Shown: in pieces, positions 1-10,310 of the stretch
Numbering within the stretch: position 1 is the stretch's first letter
How the letters are laid out: each line of letters begins with the position of its first letter
Source of the DNA: Candidatus Thorarchaeota archaeon
Lineage (GTDB): Archaea > Asgardarchaeota > Thorarchaeia > Thorarchaeales > Thorarchaeaceae
Length of the DNA stretch: 64,000 nucleotides
NCBI GenBank assembly: GCA_019057475.1
Contig: DXJO01000014.1
Location: forward strand, 17,011-81,010
Direction of reading: 5' to 3'
Notes under the pieces: model-generated
What the model saw: the letters and a program-made list of their open reading frames with translations, nothing else
Database searches by the model: none
Told to the model about the DNA's origin: nothing
Position numbers and translations under genes: made by a program

Positions 1-126
1 GTCTTGGAGCTTGAAACCTCAGTTGTACTCAACGCAGACATCCAACTCAGGTCCAATGGAACCTGGCCGAAGGTACTGCTGGACAAATTCCATAGAATCG
101 ATTGGCAGGTCGATGAAGCATCCTAG
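1..126 (+). CDS. 3' end of a gene truncated by the window edge, product unknown
   Basis: Frame 1 is open from base 1 (VLELETSVVLNADIQ...DEAS) to TAG at 124-126; a T-rich tract follows. Confidence 0.35.
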   Translation, partial: VLELETSVVLNADIQLRSNGTWPKVLLDKFHRIDWQVDEAS

Positions 127-256
127 AAACACAGCAGTCTATCACAGGAGTCTTCTGTTTTTCACATTAGCGTATCTTTGGTAAGATTTATAGGTATTAT
201 AGATATATGTCGCTTTGCTATACATCCAGATACTACATGCTGGAGGTTACTTACAA

Positions 257-748
257 ATGGCAGAACTAATACTACTGGGATTGGTAAGCTTCCTGCACGA
301 CCTTTTCACCGTGATGTGGATTGGCGGAATGCTTGTCCTCGGGTTTGTTGTATTACCGACCATAAAGAAGACACTAGGATCAGGTCCTGAAACAAAGAAA
401 CTGATTGAGGCCATCAGAAAGCGGCTAAGCATGCTATCATACCTATCAATGATTGGTCTGTTAGTAACAGGCATATTGCTCAGCAGAATCTCTCCCCTGT
501 ACTTGGGACCCCTTAGCTTTGGCAATGAGTTCTCGACTTGGCTGGCCATCAAGCATCTCATGATTGCTCTGATGGTAACTATCTCGATCGTTAGAAGCAT
601 GGTAATTCCTAAGAGGGCTATGCCTGAACCCAAGAAAATGAAGCTGAACGCATCACTGCTGATGCTGAACATCGTTCTTGGGATTGGAGTTCTATTGCTG
701 AGCGGATTCATCGCTGCTGCTAATGTAGTGTTCTTGAGTACGCCTTGA
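257..748 (+). CDS. CopD/DUF4149-like 4-TM membrane protein
   Basis: LHDLFTVMWIGG and LAIKHLMI motifs, four hydrophobic helices, GGAGG SD at 242. Confidence 0.7.
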   Translation: MAELILLGLVSFLHDLFTVMWIGGMLVLGFVVLPTIKKTLGSGPETKKLIEAIRKRLSMLSYLSMIGLLVTGILLSRISPLYLGPLSFGNEFSTWLAIKHLMIALMVTISIVRSMVIPKRAMPEPKKMKLNASLLMLNIVLGIGVLLLSGFIAAANVVFLSTP

Positions 749-805
749 AGGAAACTACGATGAGCGGATGCTCCAGACGCAAGAGGGACAGAATCAAATG
801 GTGCT

Positions 806-1204
806 TTGAGGAGCCCCATTACTGAGGAGAATAACGCATTGTCCAGCGATAACTCCCACCGCCCACTGGAGCCTCTGCCTATTGTCAGAGCACTCTTTCT
901 CACCTTTATTCAGGCTCACCCACAATCGACAGGATACAGTCTGATGAAGGTCATATCGGGTTTCACTGAAGGCAGAGTGGAGCTGAAATCAGGCACGGTC
1001 TATACGGAGTTGCGTCGCCTGGAGAAACAGGGTTTTGTAAAGTCAATACAAGAAGAAGCGGGAAGGAAGCGTCGAGGCTACGAAATAACGCAAGCAGGAG
1101 AGATGGAGCTGCTACAGCTTGCTCATCAAATGCGGTTCAGGATTAATCGTGTTCTGAACCCGTTGCTTGCTCTTATGGAGCCGCTCAATGGCAAATCGCC
1201 CTGA
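806..1204 (+). CDS. PadR-family transcriptional regulator
   Basis: TGYSLMK...SGTVYTELRRLEKQGFV...RKRRGYEITQAG wHTH signature; start uncertain. Confidence 0.85.
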   Translation: MRSPITEENNALSSDNSHRPLEPLPIVRALFLTFIQAHPQSTGYSLMKVISGFTEGRVELKSGTVYTELRRLEKQGFVKSIQEEAGRKRRGYEITQAGEMELLQLAHQMRFRINRVLNPLLALMEPLNGKSP

Positions 1205-1219
1205 TGGAGGAGGAATGAC

Positions 1220-2038
1220 ATGGATTTCGGCCTGAAGGACACACATGTTTTGATAACTGGAGCTTCTGGCGGCATCGGTCTTGAATTGGTGCGGGCTTTT
1301 TTGATAGAAGATGCGAAAGTCACTGCCACCTACAATCATTCACGAGATGAGCTTGAGAGGATTCAGGAGAACTGGCAGAAGCAGCTTGCAGTTGTCAAGG
1401 TTGATGTGCGAGAAGAGCTAGAAGTGATATCGCTTTTCGAACAATCTCAGAATACGTTCGGACGAGTCGACATTATGGTGGCGAATGCAGGGATAGCCAA
1501 CCACGTGGCGGCTCCCATCCACGAGATGAGCCTGAAACAGTGGCAGAACACAATGGCGGTCAACCTCACAGGCGTATTTCTTTGTTCGAAATACTTCGTT
1601 GAGAACCTAGCCAATCATCAGGGGGATCACGCGTCACTCATTCTGATTGGCTCAACAGCAGGATTGTTTGGAGAAGCAGGGTTCGCAGATTACGCTACAT
1701 CAAAGGCGGCCCTACATGGACTCATGATGAGCATCAAGAACGAGATAGTGAATGTCGCAAAGAAGGGGAGGGTCAATCTGGTGAATCCCGGTTGGACTCT
1801 GACACCCATGTCTGAAGAGGTTCTCGCTGACAGCGAGAGGGCGACCCGAATCTTGCAGACGATACCATTGCGAAAGACTGCAGTACCTGAGGACATTGCA
1901 GGTGCTATTCTTTATCTTGCTTCGAACAAGCTATCTGGTCACATTAGTGGGCAGACGCTCACCGTTGCGGGAGGAATGGAAGGACGTGTGCTTTACTCGC
2001 ACGAGGATTTAGAATCAGACGTTGATGAGATGACATAG
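1220..2038 (+). CDS. SDR-family oxidoreductase
   Basis: TGASGGIG, NAGI and YATSK motifs. Confidence 0.92.
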   Translation: MDFGLKDTHVLITGASGGIGLELVRAFLIEDAKVTATYNHSRDELERIQENWQKQLAVVKVDVREELEVISLFEQSQNTFGRVDIMVANAGIANHVAAPIHEMSLKQWQNTMAVNLTGVFLCSKYFVENLANHQGDHASLILIGSTAGLFGEAGFADYATSKAALHGLMMSIKNEIVNVAKKGRVNLVNPGWTLTPMSEEVLADSERATRILQTIPLRKTAVPEDIAGAILYLASNKLSGHISGQTLTVAGGMEGRVLYSHEDLESDVDEMT

Positions 2039-2040
2039 CG

Positions 2041-2802
2041 ATGAGTTCGTTTGACAGCCTTAGTCTTGTATACGACCGGTCCATCAACTGGGATGCAAGA
2101 CTTGGAAGTGAATTGCCTTTCATTTTGGATGCACTCTCAGAATCAGGCGGCAATAGAGTTCTGGATATGGCTTGCGGGAGTGGAAGACACTCTGTCGCAC
2201 TGGCTCTCGAGGGCGCAGATGTCGTTGGTTTTGATAGTAGTACAGCCATGATTCAGGCCGCCAAGGAACTCGCAGCTGAAAACGGAGTGGCAACAAGATT
2301 CATGGTTGCAGACATGACGAATCTGGAAGCCGTCCTGAAGGAAAAGTTTGACCTCATCGTCTGCCTCGGGAACTCTCTGGCTCTAGTGCCCTCGCTGCTA
2401 GAAGCAAAGAAACTTCTCTCAGCAGTGCACTCCCTGTTGAACTCCAAAGGTGTTTTTGTAGCCCAAGTCCTCAACTTTGAGCAAATCAAGAAAACCAAGT
2501 CTAGGTTCTTTCAGCCGAAAGGAGGGGTTACTAGTAAGGGGGACCTAGTTATCTTTGCCCGGTTCTTCAGTCACCTTGAGCCCGAGGAATCAACCACTCT
2601 CGTATTAACCTCATTTGTCAAGAGTTCTGAGGGGTGGTCAACCATAATATCCTCGCAGAGCGTCCTTCAGCTCGATCAAGAAGCCCTTACCCAAGCCGTA
2701 CGTGCAGCGGGTTTTGGTCAGTTTGAGGTGTACTCTGACTACGGCGGCAATCCGTTTGCAAGTACAGAACACAGAAACCTCGTTATCAAGGCACGAAAGT
2801 AG
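2041..2802 (+). CDS. Class I SAM-dependent methyltransferase
   Basis: VLDMACGSG, FDLIVCLGNSL. Confidence 0.9.
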   Translation: MSSFDSLSLVYDRSINWDARLGSELPFILDALSESGGNRVLDMACGSGRHSVALALEGADVVGFDSSTAMIQAAKELAAENGVATRFMVADMTNLEAVLKEKFDLIVCLGNSLALVPSLLEAKKLLSAVHSLLNSKGVFVAQVLNFEQIKKTKSRFFQPKGGVTSKGDLVIFARFFSHLEPEESTTLVLTSFVKSSEGWSTIISSQSVLQLDQEALTQAVRAAGFGQFEVYSDYGGNPFASTEHRNLVIKARK

Positions 2803-2859
2803 GTTTTCACGGAAACGGCAGTTCTTCTCTTTGGAAAAATGGGACCGAACCCGTCGACT

Positions 2860-3165
2860 TCAATGGCGATACGCGAATCCCGCAGGAGCAGATCTCATGC
2901 TACCATCCATGCCGTATTTTCGGAGGAGGTTTCTGGCCATCTCCCGGTTAGCTAGGTAGAGAGGCTGTCGCATATCGCTGAGGTTGGGAACCTTGCGGCA
3001 AAGTCTCCAGCCCAGGAGTCTACGTAGGGCAAAACTAACTGTTCGAGGTGCGAGTTTTGTCTTCTCGCTGATGTCCTTGGGGCTCATGGGGCCACCGACA
3101 GTCAAACCCTTTAGCACTATAAGCGCACTTTTTGGAAGATTAGACGACATCATTCTTTTTACCAA
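2860..3165 (-). CDS. Small winged-helix DNA-binding protein
   Basis: GPMSPKDISEKTKLAPRTVSFALRRL HTH and PNLSDMRQPLY wing; start may be the ATG near 3153. Confidence 0.75.
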   Translation of the reverse strand: MVKRMMSSNLPKSALIVLKGLTVGGPMSPKDISEKTKLAPRTVSFALRRLLGWRLCRKVPNLSDMRQPLYLANREMARNLLRKYGMDGSMRSAPAGFAYRH

Positions 3166-3427
3166 TCTTGCTTAGCATTTGTGCCCAGTGCCATTAATCT
3201 GAAAGGCATTAACCTTGCATTGGGAATGATTTTCCAATAAGATATGCTTTTTGTTGAACGTAACGACATTCGCCTATCATTTGTTCGACTCAGCTGAAAG
3301 TTTTCCTGAAAGTCAATCCAATTGCCAATCAACGCCGTTTGAGATAAAGTGGCGGCCGGGACCGGTGACTGCCAGCCCCGACCTGTGGTTGCCTCTAGAG
3401 AAAGGCACGTCAGTTTGCAGTTCCCTC

Positions 3428-5119
3428 CTACGCATCAGGACTCGACAGACTTCTAATTCCTGAGATGACAAAGATGCTACCCAGGCTAAGTAAAACAGCT
3501 GGTCCAATGAATGCGCAGAGTATCTGGAAATAATAGGGTTCAATCGCGACCTCCACCACTGCGTCCAAGCCAGTGATCTTCAAGAATATGAAGAGCAGTA
3601 TTGAGCTCATCATGGCGAACATCGGGACCATCATCGCGGTCATCATGTTGGCTTGATGAGCTGGCGACTTTGTGTCTTCGTAGTCCGGATTGCGGGCAGT
3701 GACTCCAATCGCTACCATGGACGAACCGATGACAACTATGAATCCAAATCCCAAAAGCAGCAACGCATCCACCGTACCAAGGCCAAGGACGAAGGTCATT
3801 CCAACAACCACAATCAATGTCAGAAACACATCAGCGAATGCAGCCATCGCAAGTCGGGACTTGATGAACCTTGACGCGCCCTGAGGGGCACTCTGGATGA
3901 TCCATAACTGATCCTTACTCTCAAGAAATCCGGTCCCGACAAACGGAAAGGCGCCCACCATGGCAAACATCATTCCAAACGCGGAGATTATGTCTATCAG
4001 ATTCATCTCGGACCCAAAGTCCGCGAAGAACGTCATCATGATTGGAAGTACAATAGCCAGAATGACTCCATAGAACATCTTAGAGAGGTTCTGTGCCTTT
4101 CTAAAGTAGTCCTTCATGTTGACGACTAGCAGGGCGCCGAATGAATTGCCACTGAGCTTCCTCAAACCTCGAAGAATAAAGTTCTCTCTGCCAACTGTTG
4201 TGATTCGCTCCGTTCGAGCTCCTGCGGTGATTGTGAACACCCTGCCTGTAGCCCCGAGTGTCAGACCTAGAACACTGACACTGAAAGCGCCCACCAACAA
4301 AGCACTGACTAGCAGATCGAGTTGAAGTATAGTGCTGAAGAACGCTACTTCAGGTTCAGTAAGGCTAATTCCGTTGAATGTGATGGCAATCCAGCTTACG
4401 ACATCAGCACTCCATGTGAAAGGCAGAAGAAGAAAGATATCCGTGCCTAGAATCTCAGTCATGATTGGCGCAGCGAACATCAGTCCGTACATTGGTAAAA
4501 TGGCAGCAAATGCAATCACAAATGACAGCGCCTTGGCAATGTCGTTCCCTCTTGAAGAGGCCCCAAGCTTTGACATAACCGCTGCTGTAGCGAAGTTTGA
4601 GATCCATAGAACTGTGAGCACGGTCAATATGAGTACGGTGTATATGAGAGCCACTCCAATGAGTGAAACCTCAAAGGCCAGTATGAATGGGGTAATTATT
4701 AGAGGTGCCAAGAAGAGGGTCACTAGGCCGTAGAGTGGCAATCCACCGAGGAAGCTACCCGTCAGGATATCTCTTGTCTTCACGTTGTTGGAGAGGAATA
4801 TCTCCCAATGTCCAATCTTAATCTCCTCAAGTGCCTTGGTCATAGGGAACAGCAGGAGCATAATCCACAACACCATCATTGCTGAACGCATCAATCCTGG
4901 AAACATGATCATTAGCAGTGCGCGAATATCGCTCATGGGCATGATTGCATTGAGGGCCCCACCAATGAGGAATGGAGCACCGTAGACCGCCCACAGAATT
5001 CCCAGAGCACAGAAAGCCCCGGAGTACAATCGCCTGTGGTTCCTCATGCCTGCCGTGAGGACGTAGAAATCGGCCGTGGCAATATGAAACCATTTTTTCA
5101 CCATAGGATTTACCTCCAA
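3428..5119 (-). CDS. ABC exporter permease (multi-TM)
   Basis: About 12 TM helices, directly downstream of an ABC ATPase. Confidence 0.75.
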   Translation of the reverse strand: MEVNPMVKKWFHIATADFYVLTAGMRNHRRLYSGAFCALGILWAVYGAPFLIGGALNAIMPMSDIRALLMIMFPGLMRSAMMVLWIMLLLFPMTKALEEIKIGHWEIFLSNNVKTRDILTGSFLGGLPLYGLVTLFLAPLIITPFILAFEVSLIGVALIYTVLILTVLTVLWISNFATAAVMSKLGASSRGNDIAKALSFVIAFAAILPMYGLMFAAPIMTEILGTDIFLLLPFTWSADVVSWIAITFNGISLTEPEVAFFSTILQLDLLVSALLVGAFSVSVLGLTLGATGRVFTITAGARTERITTVGRENFILRGLRKLSGNSFGALLVVNMKDYFRKAQNLSKMFYGVILAIVLPIMMTFFADFGSEMNLIDIISAFGMMFAMVGAFPFVGTGFLESKDQLWIIQSAPQGASRFIKSRLAMAAFADVFLTLIVVVGMTFVLGLGTVDALLLLGFGFIVVIGSSMVAIGVTARNPDYEDTKSPAHQANMMTAMMVPMFAMMSSILLFIFLKITGLDAVVEVAIEPYYFQILCAFIGPAVLLSLGSIFVISGIRSLSSPDA

Positions 5120-5889
5120 GCAAGTAGAGCCTTGCGATCTACACGGCCACCGACAATGTCCAAGTAGGCATGTTCAAGGTCAGACGTGCCTGCCGAGTCG
5201 ATAATACTCTCTGGCGAACCAAGCGTAACAAGTTCGCCCTCGTTCAGTATCCCAATCACGTCGCAGACATCCTCTGCGAAGTTTGTCATGTGAGTGCAGA
5301 TGAAGAAGCTCGTTTCGGTTTCCTCAGCGAGGACAAGTATGAGTTCTTTCACAATGGCACTTGCCGCAGGGTCGAGGCGTGAGGTGGGCTCGTCTAGAAA
5401 CACCAGCTTGGGCTCGTGCAGAAGAGTGGAAGCCATAAGCACCTTCTGTTTCATTCCTGAAGAGTACGATTCCAGGAGATCGTCTTGGCGACCCTCAAGT
5501 CCGAGCATAGACAGCAGACTGTCAATGCAGCGATTCAACAATTCGCCATTGCGTCCATTGAGTGCGCCAACGAACTCGAGAAACTCCACAGCTGAGAGCT
5601 TGGAATAGAGTCCTGGCGACTCAGGAAGTAGACCTGTGATTGCCTTGATCTCCTCACGCTGAGTGTCAATACTATAGCCGCAGACCTCAGCCGTTCCGCT
5701 CGTTTGTTTCAGAAGACCCGAGAGTATGCGGACAGTGGTCGTCTTCCCTGCCCCGTTGGGACCGAGAAAGCCGAATCTGCCGCCTGTAGCGATCTCTAAA
5801 TCCAGATTCCTAACAGCTTGCACTGTGTCGAAGTTCTTGCACAGCGCTTCTGTTTTGATGCTAATTCCGTTTCGTGCCATCGCAGTCAC
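5110..5889 (-). CDS. ABC transporter ATP-binding protein
   Basis: GPNGAGKTT Walker A, YSSGMKQK signature, FLDEPT Walker B. Confidence 0.95.
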   Translation of the reverse strand: MTAMARNGISIKTEALCKNFDTVQAVRNLDLEIATGGRFGFLGPNGAGKTTTVRILSGLLKQTSGTAEVCGYSIDTQREEIKAITGLLPESPGLYSKLSAVEFLEFVGALNGRNGELLNRCIDSLLSMLGLEGRQDDLLESYSSGMKQKVLMASTLLHEPKLVFLDEPTSRLDPAASAIVKELILVLAEETETSFFICTHMTNFAEDVCDVIGILNEGELVTLGSPESIIDSAGTSDLEHAYLDIVGGRVDRKALLAWR

Positions 5890-6018
5890 CTAGTTAAATC
5901 TTTACCAGATTCTTATACATTGTTCAACACACTTATATATATACTTTACCTACTAAGCATGAAAGAAATACCAAGAAGCCTATTTAAGGCGGACTGGTAA
6001 AGAAAACGAGGACCGAAA

Positions 6019-6576
6019 ATGGAACTACTGTCACCCCATGAAGCGATTGTCTGGTGGGAATTTCAGCACGCAAAGTCTACAAGTGACGTTGCGAGCGAGT
6101 ATGAGAGAAGCAGCAGTGTCCCGCAGTACGTATTGAATCTTCTAGGAGAAACCGATCCACAGGTTGTGTTCAAGGATGCGGGATATGTATCAAGAGTTCT
6201 CAACCGTGCAAGAAAGAAGATTGCGAAGGCATTGACAGAACATGCCACGAGTCATCGCTTGGACATTGAGACCCTCTTGGACTACAAAGGATTGCTCATC
6301 GGTTTTGACTATCAAGCCAATGCTCAAGTGTACATTGTCTTCACCATGGATCTCGGAGTCATAGTCTGGTATGCTCACGACTCTTACGCAGGTAAGCTTT
6401 GTCCAGAGTGTCCCAAGGTAGAAGAATGTAGAGATACTTTGGATACAATCATGGAAGAGTATGACATCAAGCTGAGACCGGACGAAGTGCAACTGCACAT
6501 GACTAGGCAGTCCATTGCAATCTTCAACAAGCTCGCGGCCAAAGAAGTTCCTCGTTATAAGAGAAAGGAAAAGTGA
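6019..6576 (+). CDS. Hypothetical protein, probable DNA-binding regulator with a CxxCx5C cluster
   Basis: HTH-like YVSRVLNRARKKI, CPECPKVEEC, first gene of the PH-domain operon. Confidence 0.55.
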   Translation: MELLSPHEAIVWWEFQHAKSTSDVASEYERSSSVPQYVLNLLGETDPQVVFKDAGYVSRVLNRARKKIAKALTEHATSHRLDIETLLDYKGLLIGFDYQANAQVYIVFTMDLGVIVWYAHDSYAGKLCPECPKVEECRDTLDTIMEEYDIKLRPDEVQLHMTRQSIAIFNKLAAKEVPRYKRKEK

Positions 6577-7319
6577 TGAGAATGGAAAATAAAGGAAAAG
6601 TGATCAAGCCACCAATTGAGAGCGTAGTTAGCGGGAAGATATTTAGACCGTCAACCGCATTTAGAAATAAGCTGTGGGTCGAGGGGGTTTTGACTGCCAC
6701 AATGATATGGGCAATAGCTGTTGGGATCTGGTTGGGCATTGCATACCTTATGTCGCTTGATGAAAGTTGGTCATTCTGGACCTACGTTGAGATATGGTGG
6801 ATGCCCGTGAACTCCCGGGTTGGAGTCATCTACACCTTCTGGGTTGTGTTTACCCTGATTGTGGTGCCGATGTACATCAATCGCATTGAGTACTCTGTGA
6901 TTGCTGAGTCAGGAAAGACCATGCCAGAAATCTATGTGAAGAAAGGCATTATCAAAATAACCAGGAAGCACGTCCCCTTCAGGACCATCACTAACATCTC
7001 CAGTACATCAGGGCCCTTCGACCGCCTTTTTGGGATAGGCAACGTGCTAATCGAAACTGCAGGATTTTCAGGCGGCATGATGGGGCCTGAAGAGAAGATT
7101 GAAGGTGTCAGATTCTACGAGGAAGTAAGGGACTTCATCCTCAACGAGCTACGCAAGTTCAGAGACCCCTACGTCACTGGCACCGAGGTAGTACTCCCGC
7201 GAGAGGAGCCTGTACCAAGGATGGATAACAGTCTTGATGATGAGATGTTGATAACTCTCCGGGAAATAAGAGATGTAATGAAGAAACTTGAGAGCAAGCT
7301 AGGCGAGGGGGATCAGTAA
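6573..7319 (+). CDS. bPH_2 (YdbS-like) PH-domain membrane protein, paralog 1
   Basis: 2 TM helices plus KKGII...VPFRTITNI...GPFDRLFGIGNVLIETAG. Confidence 0.85.
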   Translation: MMRMENKGKVIKPPIESVVSGKIFRPSTAFRNKLWVEGVLTATMIWAIAVGIWLGIAYLMSLDESWSFWTYVEIWWMPVNSRVGVIYTFWVVFTLIVVPMYINRIEYSVIAESGKTMPEIYVKKGIIKITRKHVPFRTITNISSTSGPFDRLFGIGNVLIETAGFSGGMMGPEEKIEGVRFYEEVRDFILNELRKFRDPYVTGTEVVLPREEPVPRMDNSLDDEMLITLREIRDVMKKLESKLGEGDQ

Positions 7320-7320
7320 A

Positions 7321-8034
7321 ATGGGAACAGAAAGTAAGGTAATCAAACCACCAATTGAGTCGATGATGAGCGGACGTAAGTTTCGCCCAAGTATACGATT
7401 CCGTAACAAGATGTGGTTGCAAGGAATAATCATAGTTGTAGTAATTTGGCTCACGTTGATTGTGGGGACAATAGGACTTGCCGGCATGGTTGTTGGTCCT
7501 TCCGGGCAGCAGGCATTTATGGACCTATGGTGGATTCCGCTCAATCTGTGGTACTGGGGAATAGCGTTGGCAATCCTCATCCCAGGAATGATCTATTATC
7601 ATATCTACATCAACTCGATCGAATACTCAGTGCTAGGTGAAACAGGAGAGGCAAGCCCTGAGATATATGTCAAGAAAGGAATCCTGAACATAACAAGGAA
7701 ACACGTCCCTTTCAGAACTATCACCAATATCTCCAGCAGGGCTGGGCTGTTCGACAGGTGGTTTGGAATCGGGAGTGTTGAGATAGAAACTGCAGGACAC
7801 TCTGGGCAGACGTTTACAGGGCCAGAAGAGAAGCTCGAAGGAATCACGTTCTACGAGGAACTCAGGGATTTCGTCTTGATGGAGCTGCGTAAGTTCACAA
7901 CCCCCTATGTAACTGGTACAGAGGTTGTTTTCCCAGTGGATGAAACAGCTCCGAGGGGGGAAGGCACTCTTGAGGATGAGATACTGTTGGTCCTAAGGGA
8001 GATACGCGATCTCCTCAGGAACCAGAGAAATTGA
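7321..8034 (+). CDS. bPH_2 (YdbS-like) PH-domain membrane protein, paralog 2
   Basis: Same motifs as paralog 1. Confidence 0.85.
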   Translation: MGTESKVIKPPIESMMSGRKFRPSIRFRNKMWLQGIIIVVVIWLTLIVGTIGLAGMVVGPSGQQAFMDLWWIPLNLWYWGIALAILIPGMIYYHIYINSIEYSVLGETGEASPEIYVKKGILNITRKHVPFRTITNISSRAGLFDRWFGIGSVEIETAGHSGQTFTGPEEKLEGITFYEELRDFVLMELRKFTTPYVTGTEVVFPVDETAPRGEGTLEDEILLVLREIRDLLRNQRN

Positions 8035-8047
8035 GCGTCAAGGAGAA

Positions 8048-8830
8048 TTGAAGATGGGCTCGTCTGATGGAAGAGTTATCAAACCTCCTGTCGAGAGCGT
8101 GGTGAGTGGTAGAGTTTTCAAACCCGCTCCCGCCTTTCGCTACAAGAAGGGGCTCAAATTCGTTCTCCTTGCCCTCACACTATGGGTTGTATTCCATCTG
8201 ATGTTCTTTGCTAATCCTTGGATTTCATGGTTCCTGCGTGAGGGACTACGCATGGAGTACGGCCTTGAAATATGGTTCCTAGAGGATACCTGGGTGACGG
8301 GTAGCCAATGGTATTGGATACTCACCATGATCTGGTTGATTCCTGCACTCATATGGACCCATCTCTACGTCAGAAGCATTGAGTACTCGCTAGTTGCATA
8401 CTCGGGAGAAACTATGCCTGAAATATTCGAGAAGAAAGGCATCATCACAATCGTTCGCAAACACATTCCATTCCGTTCAATTACGAATATCTCGACTCGA
8501 GTTGGACCCTTGGACAGACTATTTGGCATAGGCGTTGTACGTATTGAAACAGCGGGACAGTCAGACGGAGCGCAGCATCCGGGTTTAGCCGCGGGGCTCA
8601 TCCATAAGCTAACCAAGGGCTCGGGAGATCAACGTATTGAGGGAATTACGTTCTACGAGGAGGCAAGGGACTTCATTCTCAAGGAGTTACGCAGGTTCAA
8701 GGGTTCACCCTTAGCTGTATCGCCTGAAAGGCGGCTCCGAAAGAAGAGTACGTTCTTCCGAGAGAGCACTCTGGTGGCTGTTCGGGAGATAAGGGACGTA
8801 TTGGTGGCAAAGAGGACCCAAGAACAATAA
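8048..8830 (+). CDS. bPH_2 (YdbS-like) PH-domain membrane protein, paralog 3
   Basis: Same motifs, more diverged. Confidence 0.85.
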   Translation: MKMGSSDGRVIKPPVESVVSGRVFKPAPAFRYKKGLKFVLLALTLWVVFHLMFFANPWISWFLREGLRMEYGLEIWFLEDTWVTGSQWYWILTMIWLIPALIWTHLYVRSIEYSLVAYSGETMPEIFEKKGIITIVRKHIPFRSITNISTRVGPLDRLFGIGVVRIETAGQSDGAQHPGLAAGLIHKLTKGSGDQRIEGITFYEEARDFILKELRRFKGSPLAVSPERRLRKKSTFFRESTLVAVREIRDVLVAKRTQEQ

Positions 8831-8885
8831 GACCTGAAACTGGATGCATATTCGCACCACATGAGATAGATTTGCCACTTATGCA

Positions 8886-9416
8886 ATGTCAGGAGAACAA
8901 CAGACAGTGGCGGATTACGAATTGAAGGACGGCAGCAGAACCCGCATTGAACCATACGAAAATCGTCATGCGGAGTCGATTGCCAATGATCTCTTCGGTG
9001 GGATGTCGGCAGAGGAAGTAAGGCAAGGAAGAGATGGTCTTATCGCTCCGGGCCCGGACGAAGTTCTCAGTGTCTGCGCGCTTAGTGAATCCAAGGTTGT
9101 TGGAGTGTGTACGGGAGTCAGAAAGAGATGGATGGGTGAGAGGCATAGGATAGAGATGGTGCAAGTGGTGGTGGCAGAGGATTTCCAACGCATTGGCATT
9201 GCACGATTCATGCTGAAAGCGATTGCAATGCATTTTGTTGAGAGGGGCGTTGAGATGGTCCAAGTCAGTACAGAAGGAAGCAACGAGAAAGCCATTGCAT
9301 CGTATGAGAGAATAGGTTTCATGGAGTTCGGAGTCTTGAAACGTGGCTTAAAACACGGAAATCGGTATGCGGACGAGGTCATGATGTGGATGAAGATTGA
9401 GGACCTGTTAGGTTGA
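8886..9416 (+). CDS. GNAT acetyltransferase
   Basis: VAEDFQRIGIAR motif A, NEKAIASYERIGF. Confidence 0.88.
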   Translation: MSGEQQTVADYELKDGSRTRIEPYENRHAESIANDLFGGMSAEEVRQGRDGLIAPGPDEVLSVCALSESKVVGVCTGVRKRWMGERHRIEMVQVVVAEDFQRIGIARFMLKAIAMHFVERGVEMVQVSTEGSNEKAIASYERIGFMEFGVLKRGLKHGNRYADEVMMWMKIEDLLG

Positions 9417-9429
9417 AGGTTGTCCTAAG

Positions 9430-10287
9430 TCAGAGGGAGAAGCCTGTTCCCTTCAAGATTCTACTGAAATTGCTAAGACTATTCTGAGCGGATTCTCTGG
9501 GTCGAACTTCGAACACATATTGAGCCGGACTATGTAATCCGGCCAGCAGTCGCAGGCTTGGCTCGAAGTCTATTGAACCAGTTCCGACGACTTGATGGGA
9601 TCCGTGCTTCTTGGACCAATCGTGGACATGAACAACTTCAATGACATTCTTATGTTCTTGAAAGATAGCCCAGTCCTCAGACTTGATCCCAAGGTCGGGT
9701 CCATAGAGCTTTGGAATATCAAGACAGAGTCTGAGACCTGCCGAAAGCAGAGTCCTAATCGCCTCACGAACCATATGATTCCAGGCATGGTTCTCAAGAG
9801 CTATGTGAACGTCTGGCCGCCCATATTCAATCAACTCTGAGAGATTCTCACATAGTGTTTGAAGGTATAGTTCATGATTGCTCTTCAGGAAAGCATCTTT
9901 CTCCCCGCCTGCTGTCCCAAAGCTAGGAGGCAATCCTGCATGCACAACCAGATTCGTCACAGAGTCGCTAACGTCGCGAGCGAAATCAATTATCTGTTTC
10001 ATGTACTCAATGATTGCTAATCGCACAGGAGGGTAAGTTGTGGTTAGACTGAGATCATCGCCTGGAGCGTGGAAACCCCACTCTAAGGAGAGAGTACTGG
10101 ACATCTCCATAAGCTCCGCCCGCATCTTCGGTAGAAACCTCTCAGGGGAGAATCGTGGTACTCCGAGATCGGGCGCGATTCCGGTCCAACTGTTGCTTGA
10201 AGCATATTGAAGAGCGTCTATCAGTGATGTGTCATATATGACATGATAGGCTCGACGAGCAGGGAGATGCATATCTTTCACTAGCAC
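9430..10287 (-). CDS. Sugar phosphate isomerase/epimerase (AP endonuclease 2 TIM barrel) family
   Basis: HAP, VVHAG, ALEN, CLD, HVHD, H..VG.G.IDF and FE metal-binding motifs. Confidence 0.85.
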   Translation of the reverse strand: MLVKDMHLPARRAYHVIYDTSLIDALQYASSNSWTGIAPDLGVPRFSPERFLPKMRAELMEMSSTLSLEWGFHAPGDDLSLTTTYPPVRLAIIEYMKQIIDFARDVSDSVTNLVVHAGLPPSFGTAGGEKDAFLKSNHELYLQTLCENLSELIEYGRPDVHIALENHAWNHMVREAIRTLLSAGLRLCLDIPKLYGPDLGIKSEDWAIFQEHKNVIEVVHVHDWSKKHGSHQVVGTGSIDFEPSLRLLAGLHSPAQYVFEVRPRESAQNSLSNFSRILKGTGFSL

Positions 10288-10310
10288 AACTCAAACTTAT
10301 GAGCTTGACC

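Noticed and set aside
247-903. 218-aa minus-strand ORF and other antisense ORFs in the track
   Set aside because: They are shadows of well-supported genes on the opposite strand and carry no recognisable motifs
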